A stretch of 54,926 nt of DNA, taken from the NCBI GenBank assembly GCA_010093815.1, contig ML996592.1. One strand, written 5' to 3'. This document shows, in pieces, positions 26,852-38,227 of this stretch; position 1 is the first letter of the stretch, and each line of letters begins with the position of its first letter. Under the pieces are notes generated by a model. That model saw only the letters and a program-made list of their open reading frames with translations, searched no databases and was not told where the DNA came from. The stretch comes from Pseudovirgaria hyperparasitica (taxonomy: Eukaryota). A program made the translations under genes and the position numbers.

Positions 26852-29800
26852 TTAGGGTTTTCCTAAGGTTCTTCTAGTATATACTAGAGTCTATCTAGTA
26901 TATATCTAGTTTCTTTTAGTATATATATCTAGGTCTATTAGTATTAAGGGAGTAGAAGATATATAAGTATCTACTAGATTATCTTCTTAGGGTATTTATT
27001 AAGCTAATATATAATATTAGAGGTCCGTATTATATAGATAAGTATTTATCTTTATATATAGAGATCCGGGTATATTATAAGATAGTATTATATTATATCT
27101 CTCTAGCTATATACTTTATACTATAGAGATATATCTAGGATATCTCTCTAATATAGATAGTATAGAAGTTTTATAGCTTCTATTTAGGCTTAGAGAAGAA
27201 TAGATATCTAGGCTTTTATAAGCCCTTTATATATCTATTTACTTAGTTTCTTCTATAGTTCTTAAATCTACTCTAGATATTTATTCTATTAGAATATCTA
27301 ATAGACTTAGAGAGTCTTTCTCTATTTATTCTAGATCTATAACTATATAGTCTATATAAGCTTCTAAGGATTCTACTAGTCTAGAGAGATATCTAGATTA
27401 TCTCTAATTTCTTATATAATCTAATTTAAGTCTATCTCTATTAGATACTTATACTATAGTTAAGTATAGTCTATACATAGTAGTACTTAATAGTAGATAC
27501 TAACTCTTATATATAGTATAGTAAAAGTATATTCTATATATTCTATATATTTCTATACTTATTATTTAATAAAGTATATTACTCTCTATATCTAGTAGAA
27601 GTTCTATATACTTATTACGTTTATCTCTCTTTATAATAGTACTATATTAGTAGCTTTATATATACTAGATATAAGATAGAGTATATAATTCTATATAGAC
27701 TTAAGCTTTATTTATCTAGCTTATATAAGAGCTATATACTAGTACTTATATCTATATATAAAGACGGATTATACTATAGAGATATATAGCTAGCGCGCCT
27801 TATTCTAGGTAGTTCTCTATATAGAGGCTATAATCTAGTATATAGTAACTTCTACCTTAAGGGCCCTAGATATAATATATATAATCTATAGTCTCTATTT
27901 AAGTTTATTATTAATTATAATACTAAGTATATATATACTCTATATTAGTAGTTTAGTAAAAGTATCTATTCTAGAGTATTACTCTCCCTTCTTAGTAGTC
28001 TATCTTCTATAGTAGTTAGTAAAGTATATAAGTTAGTATTTCTTAGAGACTAACTTTACTCTATAGTACGTTATCTACTAGAGATACCTCTTATAGTCTT
28101 ATTTAAGGTATTTATATATTAGATTAGTATTATTATTAATAGCTAGAAGATATATATTATTAGTATATTCTACTATCTCTATATATTATATTCTCTATAG
28201 AAGGTCTATAGTAAAGAAGAGGAAGAGAATTAGAGAGATAGTATTTTCTTATAGAATACTATATATTATTATCTTATATTTACTTTAATATCTAGAGATA
28301 TATATTTAGATAATTCTTTTAGTAAGAAAGGACTTTATAAACTTTATAATCTATTTAGATATATATCTCTTCTATAGATTATAGATAAGTCTTATATAGT
28401 TTATCTTATTAAATATACTAGCTATATTAAGAGAGAGTAGTATTACTATATATCTCTACTTCTATATAGTCTAGGTAACTTTAAGAATATATTAGATAGT
28501 AGTAATTAGAGAGCTTCTAGTCTTTATCTTCTAGTTTACTAGAAGAAGATTATATTTCTATATTATAATACTTATCTTCTTTATAATTATAGTCTTAAGT
28601 ATCTTACTAAGATAGAAAAGAAAGATAATTAGTCTCTATTCTTTTATAGAGTTAGAGTTCTTCTCTAGTTTTAGAAGTATAATAGTATAGATAGTTTAAA
28701 AGCTTTAGAGATAGTATCTATTCTTAGTATATATCTAGAAGATAAGACTAATAAGTAGTAGGGTTATCTATATAGTATATTTAAGATATTTATTTAGTAT
28801 TCTATCTAGTCTAGGCGCTTTATTATTTAGAAGTACTCTAATAGTATTAAGTATATTCTCTTCTATAATCTCTATAGAGATATTAACTATATCTAGATAT
28901 ATAGTATTATTTATATTAGATAGATCTACTAGCTCTAGAGAGAGAAATATAACTTTATAGAGAATCTCTATCTTTTCTAGACTTATAGTATATATTCTCT
29001 TCTAGTATATTAGGGGAGGTATTAGTAGTAGTAGCGTCGGTATATTTATACTCTTAGTCTACTTTACTATATATTATAGCTCTATAGCTTATTATATATA
29101 TCTATTAGTAATTATATATTAGTATTTATATTATTTATTATAGAGAGTTCTATTCTAAAATTAGATTATCTTCTTCTATTCCTTCTATATCTTAGCTATC
29201 TAGATATAATATATATATATAGTCTCTAGACTTTCTATCGTCTATATTATTTATTAGGTATAGATATATCTATTATAGTCTCTATATACTTATAGTTAGA
29301 GTCTATCTATATCTTACTTAGATAGTAGTATTATACTCTATAGCTTATATAATCTATAGTAAGAGTAAGGTTAAGTATAGATCTTTCTTTATTCTATTTA
29401 TATTTTCTCTATATAATTTATCTAATTAGTATAAGAAGGTATAGAAGGTTATAGTATCTTATATATAGTTCTCTTACTCTACGTTCTTCTCTTATAACTA
29501 TTAGATCTCTTTACTATCTATAGTAGAGATTAAAGTTATTTAGAAGGATATATTATTCTAGTACTATAATATCTTCTAGTATAGTATCTAGTATAAGTAA
29601 TTCTCTCTAGTTATAGATATTATAGATATAGAGAGATTCTATATTTATCTAGAGGTATAATATTATTTAGAGGTTATCTTATTTTATATAGAACTACTCT
29701 AAGAGCGGGATTAATTTATATATATAGAATAGAACTCTTCTATCTAGGTCTAGAGGGTAGATAGTATAGTATTCTAGATATATTATTAGTTTATTAGTTT

Positions 29801-31393
29801 AGTAGTATTTATATAGCTTCTAGATAGCTATTATTATAGTATCTATCTCTTCTAAGAGTATTACCTAGTTTTCTTATTTATATTATATATTTATCTATAT
29901 AATAATAAATATATTATAGCTCCTTATTAGATACTAGAAAATACTAAAGTCTATATACTAGTAGTAATAAGGCGTGATTATCTCTATATAGTAGCTACTT
30001 TAAGAATATCTCTAGATTAGCCTATCTTCCTCTATATAGTATACTATTATATATTATCTTAGCTTTCTTATAGATTTATAGATAAGATTAGAGTAGATAG
30101 TAGAGGTCTTATTTATAGTCTAGTATATCTATATTACTTCTCTTACCTTTATAGTATTAATATATTTAGTAACTTATTTATATTTTATATATATTACTAA
30201 CTATAATAGATAGTTTCTATTATAGTTAGAGTACTTAGAAGTATCTTTATTATATATATAGTTACTCTATACTTTATATAGGTATTTCTAGATACTATAG
30301 TTCTATTAGTACTATCTATAAATAGTCTTCTAAGAGTATCTCTATCTAGTATATCTATATCTCTAATAGTTAAAGTATTAGATTATTATCTATACTCTAT
30401 TCTATAGTTCTACTATAAGTAGCTCTTTCTTAGCTAAGAAGTCTTCTTATAAAATCTAATAGATAAGAATAGAGTCTTAGAGCTCTACTATTATAGTAGA
30501 GTACTTTTTTAATTTTACTTTAATTCTCTATATATTCTTCTACTATACTTTTATAATCTTAATTCTAGGGTACTTCTAGTTATTAGATTACTCTATTTCC
30601 TTAATAATATTAATACTAATAATATATCTCTAGATAGAGACTATATATAACTATATTAGATATATATTAGTATAGATAGATATACTAAAAAAGATATTAT
30701 TAGTTATATTTAGATTATAAAAGATAGTCTATTAGACTATATTAGTAATAGTAATTAATACTATATCTTCTAGAGTAAGTTTAGCTATATTTATATATAA
30801 CTATATTTCTTTCTATTTATTAATCTTATTAATTATATTCCTTAGAGATATCTTTTAGATCTATATAAGAACTTTATTATTCTAGATAATAATCTATATA
30901 CTATATATTTCTTCTATAGATATTCTTAGTATTTAAGCTATTCTAGTTATACTATCTAATAGTATTATAACTTATATCTAAGTAGTTAGATATTTCTTTT
31001 AGATAAGATCTTTCTAGATTCTTAGTAGACTAGTCTTAATCTAGTCTAGTCTAGACTTTAGACTTACTTCTAATATCTATTTTACTTCTATAGTAAGCTC
31101 TTTAATATTCTAGACTAGACTTTAGAAGATACTAAGAAGAGTAGTCTCTTCTTTCTTAATCTCTCTCTCTATATATACTATCTAATAGTTAATCTTATCT
31201 AGAAGAGTATTACTAGCTAGGGTTCTCTCTTTCTCTTTTATCTATAATATTTTATACTCTTAGTTATTTATTACTTTTTAAATAGAGGTTTAATTATTCT
31301 AGATTATTCTACTATATAGCTCTTTCTACTATATTAGTATTAGAGATATATCTAGTAGAAGCTAGGGTATATTAGTATATAAGACCTCTATAG

Positions 31394-31424
31394 TTATTAG
31401 TTAAGGGCTATTCTTAACTAATAA
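31394..31424. repeat. 31-bp palindrome copy 10 (LINE A5, upstream of ORF1)
   Basis: TTATTAGTTAAGGG-CTA-TTCTTAACTAATAA. Confidence 0.9.
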
Positions 31425-32404
31425 AAAGAGAGTTAATATATTAGTATTTAGTAGTAGTAGTCTATACTTATATTTTTAAAGAGTTTTTAAGTATATATAT
31501 ATAGTATCTCTATATATTAATATTATTATATTCTATATACTATATATATACGTGTATTAGAGATTATTATACTTAGTATACTCTATTAATTAATATATAT
31601 AGATTACTATATTACTCTAAATTAACTAGTTTAGTCTCTTAGAGTATAAAGAAGTTTTTCCTTTAATCTCTAATAGAGATATAATTTTAACTTAATTAAT
31701 CTTTATAATTCTTTTAGATATTAAGAAGGGGTTAGTATATAGATAACTTTTAATCTAATATTCTAATACTTAATAATAGAAGTAGAGTTCTTCTTTTTAA
31801 TATCTATCTCTTTCTACTTAGTTAATCTACTTTATCTTTAGTATCTTCTCTATCTTATAGTAGAATCTAGATTCTTTCTTCTAGTCTCTACTTATATATA
31901 TAGAATCTATAATAATATCTCTATTCTTATTCTTTCTAGTTATAGTATAATACTTATATAATTCTATAGCTACTATACTTCTTATTATAGTAACTATATT
32001 CTTTTTCTATTTCTTATTAGCTATCTTATACTACTTAGTATCTTCTAAGTTTATTATAATTTTCTTAATCTCTTCTATAAAGCTATAGTAGTCTATAATT
32101 TTTAGTAAAGAGACTATATATATATATTAGTAGAGTTTAAGAAGATATTTTAGAGATAACTAATTTTTATACTATCTTTCTAGTTATCTCTATTAGTACT
32201 TAGAAGAAGTCTATTAAATTTAAGTTAGTATTTATACTAAGATTAGCTATTAATCTATTTAAGTAATAAAAGCTTTTCTAAGGCCTTAGTCTTTTTTTTA
32301 TTATCTATAAATATATATTTAAGTTATAAAAAGAAGACTTTAGAGTTCTTATCTTTTATAGAGCTCTTTTTTTTCTAGAAGTATTATATTTAGTTTCTTT
32401 TATA

Positions 32405-32975
32405 TGTAAACTTAACCTCTACTATATCTAATAAGTTTATATAAGGTATTTCCTTATTAGGAATAGCTTAATATTAGTAATCGATATTACTAATATTATC
32501 TACTTATATATATAAATACTCTATACTCTTATAGAAGTTTCTAGAACCCTCTAGAAACTTCTAGAGGTCTTTAGAAACACGAACTTCTATAGAGTTCTAT
32601 TAGGTTCTACTATAGAGTCTATAAGTTCTATAGAGTTCTACTCTACTCTATTCTATTCTAAGGAAACTACTAGAGCTATAGAACATATACGTACGTCTAG
32701 AGGTCTAGAAGATTCCTATTATTAATTAAGAGAAGGATCTAGAATATATAAGAAGGAATATATAAGGAACGGTCTCTCTATGTATTTAGTTCTCTCTCTA
32801 TCTAGTCTTTACTTTAAGAATTATACTATATTCTTATTATCTTTAAGCTATACTCCGCCGATCCGTTTATTATATAATAGTCTATTATAGCTAGATCCTA
32901 TTATATAACTCTATTTAGATATATATTCCTTATATAAGGAATATTATATATCTATTTATACCTGCCCTTTTTACA
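32405..32975. mobile_element. Solo LTR (571 bp), RIPed
   Basis: Inverted termini TGTAAA...TTTACA; 5-bp TSD TTATA at 32400-32404 and 32976-32980; internal short tandem CTAGAA/CTATAGAG-type repeats and TATATAAG boxes. Confidence 0.8.
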
Positions 32976-34324
32976 TTATATACTAGTAGAGTATTATAGA
33001 TAATATTCTAATAGTATTCTAGAGATAGCTTTAGCTTAAATATAGATTATATCTTATAAAAACTATATAACTATAATAGATAGTCTTAGAAGATAGCTAT
33101 TTTACTATTTTAGAAGAATAGCTTCTAGTTCTTAAATTCTAATAGTTTCTAGTTAGTCTATAAAGATAAGACTATTTTTTAAGTAAAGACTTTAGTAGTC
33201 TATTTATAGTAGAGTTTAATTAATTCTAGAAGATTTAGTTTCTTATAATAAGAATCTCTTATTTAAAGACTTATAAGTATTATAGTAGATTAAAGATAGT
33301 TTTCTTAGTACTTTATAACTCTATATTTAAATCTAGGTCTTAGTCTAATTTACCTCTAATATTACTCTATATATTATCTCTAAAGTCTATAGTAAAGTAC
33401 TTAGAGAGTAAAATAGAATTAAACTTAATATTATAGAAATATAATTTATATATAGATATAAAAGTATTTATAGAATATAATAAGTTTAATAAGAGAGAAA
33501 GCTAGAGTCTACTTAGCTTTCTTAAGATATAGAATAGAGTATACTATTAAAAAAGAGACTTACTTAGACTTACTAAATAGAAAGAAAGTAATATAGATAT
33601 AGTATACTAGTATTAAGTATATCTAGAATTTACTCTTAATAAGTAATTAGCTAGAGAGTAGTAAGATCTACTTAGAAATATATTAATATTCTTAGAATTA
33701 CTTAAATTATAGCTAAAAATATAGTCTATATTAGAGATAATCTAATTATTTTAGTCTATATAGATAATATATTAGTTTTTATATCTAATACTAAAGATAT
33801 AGATAAATCTCTATTTAGAGATAACTAAGTAGTCTAAATTAGATATATCTAATCTAGAGTAAGCTAAATATTATCTAGATATAGAAATTAAGAGAGATAG
33901 AACTAAGAGTTCTATTATATTATTTTAATATTCTTTTATTAAGAACTTATTAATTAAGTTTAATAAAGAAAATATAAAGCTATCTAAAATTCCTTTATTA
34001 TTTGATATTAAATTAGATAAAAACCTATTATAGACTAAATTAAAAGATATTAGATAATTCTAAAGGGAAATTAGTTCTCTTATTAATTTAACTAGTCTAA
34101 CTAGATATAATCTAAAATATATAGTAGGCTATCTAGCTAGATTTATATCTAATCTAAGTCTAGAATACTTTAAAGCCTTAAATAAGCTATAGTAATATAT
34201 ATTATTACTAACTACCAAGTCCTCTTATATAATTATAGATAAACCGATGAGCCACTTTCAAAAAATTCTATGCCATAGCCAAAAAACACACTCCCCGAGC
34301 CGTCCTCCCTCCTTATATATAATC

Positions 34325-35593
34325 ATGTCTAGCTTAAAAGGACCTTCACGGACCCCCAAATCACAACTTTCGGCCAGTATGGAACACATTCGATATGCTG
34401 TTACCGCTGATCCCCTACCTCACCAACCCTTCACCTCCAGCTCCAGCAAGCCAGACCCGAATCAAAAACGAACTGACCCCTTCCAATTCGGCACCCGCGT
34501 GCTTCTTCCCAGTGACGACCCTTTTGCGTATAATGCCTGGGACCACGCCGTACCAGACGCTGAATACGCCTTGTTCGCCTTGGCACAATATGAGTTCCAG
34601 CGCTCTGCACCGGTCACGCCGTTTGACAAAATGCGATTCAACGCACAGCCCGAAAGATTCTGGAACGCATTCTACGGGAATAACACGAGTAATTTCTTCA
34701 AGGATCGCAAGTGGCTAGCGCAAGAGTTCCCAGTGCTAAATGCGATTACAAGCGAGGGTGCAGAATCTGCAGCACTGTTGGAGGTTGGTGCCGGGGTTGG
34801 AAATACAGCGTTTCCAGTGCTTGCTCTGAATAGGAATCCCAGGTTGAGGATTCATGCAGTAGATTTCAGCGTCAAGGCGGTTGAGCTGATGCGGGCGAAT
34901 GAGAACTACGTCGAGCCGATGATTCGCGCCGATGTGTGGGATGCGACGAGTGATATGCTGCCGCCAGGAGTGTGCGAAGGGAGTATAGATGTGGTCATTA
35001 TGGTTTTCGTATTCAGTGCGCTGGCACCAAAGCAGTGGGAGGCGTGTGTGAGGAACATCTGGAGAGTCCTGAAGCCGGGTGGCTGTGTGCTGTTTCGCGA
35101 TTATGGTCGAGGTGATTTAGCGCAAGTGCGATTCAAGAAGGGGAGATATCTGGAGGAGAACTTTTACATCAGGGGGGATGGAACGAGGGTTTATTTTTTT
35201 GAGAGGGAAGAATTACGGAACATATGGTTGGGAAGGATGTTCAAGAATGGCAATGATGAGAAAGAAGTCCATGTAGACAATAGGGAAGAGCTCGACGAGA
35301 GGGACACTGGGATTGAGGAAAGTCTTGACACACTCAGCGTGAGTATGAGAGCAGTCATGTCCGAACCGTCGCCAGCCTTCGAAGTCGTCAAGCTGGGCGT
35401 CGATCGACGAATGCTCGTTAACCGGCAACGCAAGATAAAGATGTACCGATGCTGGATGCAAGCAGTGTTCAAGAAGCCCGGTCCGACATCCCTTCTCGAT
35501 CAGTTATCTACAGACGCCATTTCACGTCAAAACATAGGCGACATTATGCCTCCAGAAGCAATGGACGAGGTAACAGTTAGAGCAATTCCCTAA
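34325..35593 (+). CDS. TRM140: tRNA N3-methylcytidine (m3C32) methyltransferase, Trm140/METTL2 family; single exon; start could instead be 34247 or 34379
   Basis: FGTR.L...FAYNAWD; WNAFY...NFFKDRKWL..EFP; SAM motif LEVGAGVGNTAFP; FRDYGRGDLAQVRFKKGR; ENFYIRGDGTRVYFF; DRRMLVNRQRKIKMYRCWMQ. Confidence 0.92.
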   Translation: MSSLKGPSRTPKSQLSASMEHIRYAVTADPLPHQPFTSSSSKPDPNQKRTDPFQFGTRVLLPSDDPFAYNAWDHAVPDAEYALFALAQYEFQRSAPVTPFDKMRFNAQPERFWNAFYGNNTSNFFKDRKWLAQEFPVLNAITSEGAESAALLEVGAGVGNTAFPVLALNRNPRLRIHAVDFSVKAVELMRANENYVEPMIRADVWDATSDMLPPGVCEGSIDVVIMVFVFSALAPKQWEACVRNIWRVLKPGGCVLFRDYGRGDLAQVRFKKGRYLEENFYIRGDGTRVYFFEREELRNIWLGRMFKNGNDEKEVHVDNREELDERDTGIEESLDTLSVSMRAVMSEPSPAFEVVKLGVDRRMLVNRQRKIKMYRCWMQAVFKKPGPTSLLDQLSTDAISRQNIGDIMPPEAMDEVTVRAIP

Positions 35594-35661
35594 AGCTGAG
35601 GAAACCGTACCTTGACGTTGTTTCTACATATTGCTTTATTGTCTACTGACTACTGTTTCAC

Positions 35662-37473
35662 TTACACCGCAAAGCCACCGGAGTTCATCTGCCTTGGCTC
35701 ACCCGCAGCCTCAAACGTTCCGTTACCTAACCTCCTCAACGCCTGGGCCGTACTACCTCCAGGCGCTACAAAAGTGATGTTATGCCCCTTCTCGCGCATA
35801 TAATCCACCGTATCGTTACTGTACGTAAACTCAAAGCTCGTGGTCAAGGGAATTAGCTGGTCATGCAAGCGCGGCTCTTTTAGTGCTTGCAGCGTTGTCA
35901 TGTTGCGGTCCAAGACATTCCATATGTTTTGTATGGTCGCTGTGGTGATGCGGCTACCCCCGGCGGCCCCGACGACAAGGTATAGCGTGCCATTGGGGAA
36001 CTCAACAATTACGGGCGACATGGACGAGAGTGGACGTTTACCAGGTCGGACGTAGTTGGCTGGGCTGGGGATATAGCCGAAGGCGTTGGTCACGTTCGGG
36101 ATGGAGAAGTCATTCATTTCGTCGTTCATGATTATACCGGACTCCGGGACTACGACTTGCGAACCAAAGAGCAAATTTATAGTCGTTGTAAGGGAAATAG
36201 CCATACCAGATGCATCTGCGACATTGATGTGTGAGGTCCCAGGGGTGTTGAGAATTTCAAGACCCTTGGGATCATATGCAGAAGCGTTCAAGGTGTGGGA
36301 GTCTGAGATGCGACCTTTCACTGCTAAGGCGAGGTCATTGGAGATCATGTCCTGGACGTACTCGTCCATATCTGCCAGGAATAGAGGGTCGCCGAGTTCG
36401 GTCCTCTGGTGTCAAGTCAGCTCGCTGAACAGCGCTACACGTGGTGTAGTCGCCAAACATACCATGCCGTACGCAAATTTCATCGCTTCATCCAACCTAT
36501 GTGTCGTGATGTTGAGCCCTGCTTCGCCAACTGCTTCATACTGCTGCAAGATGTTTAACGCTGCCAACGCCACAGGCCCACCCCCTGGCGCACCAATACT
36601 CGACACTTTGTATCCTCGGTAGTCAATCTGTGTAATGTTTCGGACTGCCACAGTGTAATTCTTCAGATCATCCAATGTCATCGTACCATTGCAGCTCTGC
36701 AACGTAGTAATCATTGCCTCAGCCAGCTCTCCTTCGTAAAAGGCATTCGGGCCACCGTTTGCGATCTTCTCCAGTGTATTCGCATACCGTGCCCGTGTGA
36801 TCGTCTGGTTCAATTGAAGCCTCGTCCCATTCGGCGCAAAGTCTTTCGCGAACTCTGCGTTATGCACCAGGAAATCCCCGGTGCTGCCTGAAGCTACAGC
36901 TGAGGCCATGTATGATATCAAATCCTCGTTGACACGCCACCCAAGTCGCGCGACCGCGATCGCGGGCGCCATCAACTCCGCCCAGCTAAACTTCCCACTT
37001 CCGTAGTTCTCATAGATGTGCTGAAGCCCACGAACCTCGCCTGGCACGCCGCTCGCTAGTCCGCCGTAGACACTTCCGTTCGAGTTATCCTTGTACATAT
37101 CCTCGTACGCTGCAGCTGGTGCAGTTTCCCGGAAGTCGACAAACTCGAACCGCTCCTTTTCAGATGTGCACAAGCTGTCCGGCTTGCGAATCAATCCAAA
37201 TCCACCACCTCCAACGCCACTGTGGTACATTCCCACAACGCCGACGCAAAAGACAGTTGCGACGAGAGCATCGGCGGCGTTGGAGCCATCCTTTAGAAAG
37301 GATGTGCCAATGCGGGCGCAGATGTCAGACTCGCAGGAGACGGCGCCAATGGTAGACTCGTGGGCCTGTCCGTGATAGTATGGCGAGTAGTCGGATCGTT
37401 GGCCATATAAGGTTGGGTTGGCGAACACAGGACTGAGGAGAAGGGCTACATATAAAGTCCGAGGGGGGGCCAT
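35662..37473 (-). CDS. GGT: Gamma-glutamyltranspeptidase (glutathione hydrolase), 584 aa; exons 37473-36463 and 36405-35662
   Basis: N-terminal hydrophobic signal; MYHSGVGGGGF, DFRETAP, SGVPGEVRG, autocatalytic G|TSH, TTTINLLFGS, NDEMNDFS, KRPLSSMSP, GAAGGSRI; phase-0 intron 36406-36462 (GTATGT...GCTGAC...CAG). Confidence 0.95.
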
Positions 37474-37656
37474 AGCCGGAAATTGGAAGTGCCAGCCAAA
37501 GGAAGACTAATTAGTTTTATCGACTTTTTAGACTCCCTCGAGTACTAAGTAAGCCCTCGCTATACGTAATAAGTAATACTAGGAGCATAAGAAAGATTAA
37601 GAAAGAAAGACTTAAGAGAAATATAAATAGCTTTATCTCTATAGATCTAGTTTAAA

Positions 37657-37671
37657 GAAGAAGAAGAAGAA

Positions 37672-37767
<96 letters not shown>
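37657..37767. repeat. Compound microsatellite (GAA)6(TAA)31
   Basis: Direct reading; produces the spurious poly-Y and poly-I ORFs. Confidence 0.98.
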
Positions 37768-38227
37768 GATAAAACGTGTTCACGGCAAAATGACCCCCCT
37801 TTTCGGCGGTCGTGACCGTCATTTTCGGCAGCATCTAGGTCGACCCCTCCCCCACCAAAACCATCGTCGCTGCCCAGCAGCCCTCCATCCGACCACCCCT
37901 CCACCCCTGCCTTCGTATCTTGCACAGGGCCAGGCACTGCTGCACATCGCCGCGACAGATGGGGAACGCGGCTGACGGTGTCGATGGCCTCGCATGGTCC
38001 AACTCCTGGATTCACACAGGTGCTAGCCGCCCTGTCGTAGACGAATGCTGTGCCTCATTCATTTCCTGCGCTGAGCGGCAAAGGTATTTAAGGCAGTCCA
38101 GCGCAGTCAGGTTCCTGCGCGGCAAGCGACACCCTGCCCTCGTCTCATCCTCCAACTCCTCTGTCTTTCTTTAAGCAGCTCGTGCAAGGTCTGTGGCAGC
38201 GTCTAACTCCCTCTCTTCCAGATCATC

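Larger units (their letters stand above)
26579..31659 (-). mobile_element. LINE family A, copy A5 (heavily RIPed subfamily, like A2), near full length with a ~0.2-kb internal deletion near 29240
   Basis: (AAT)n tail at ~26579-26597; reverse-complement colinear with A2; 5' end ...GAAGTTTTT at 31659; no clear TSD. Confidence 0.88.
1..34200. other. AT-rich RIP-degenerated repeat block (nested TE graveyard, probably heterochromatic)
   Basis: Extreme TpA excess and CpA/TpG depletion; no credible long ORFs; TE motifs recoverable only after reverting TA to CA/TG; abrupt switch to GC-balanced DNA at ~34,250. Confidence 0.95.

Noticed and set aside
411..31424. CRISPR-like array of palindromic repeats
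   Set aside because: Eukaryotic DNA; copies are dispersed hundreds to thousands of bases apart at fixed TE positions, with no spacer structure or cas genes
34395..37375. Short overlapping and antisense ORFs inside TRM140 and GGT
   Set aside because: Shadow frames of well-supported genes, with no motifs
37675..37767. (TAA)n as the tail of a LINE-A copy
   Set aside because: The adjacent sequence lacks the family-A 3' end (ATTATATAACTAGGTAG) seen at 6063; a tail of some other short relic cannot be fully excluded
37647..38015. Poly-Tyr and poly-Ile ORFs
   Set aside because: Translations of the (TAA)n microsatellite
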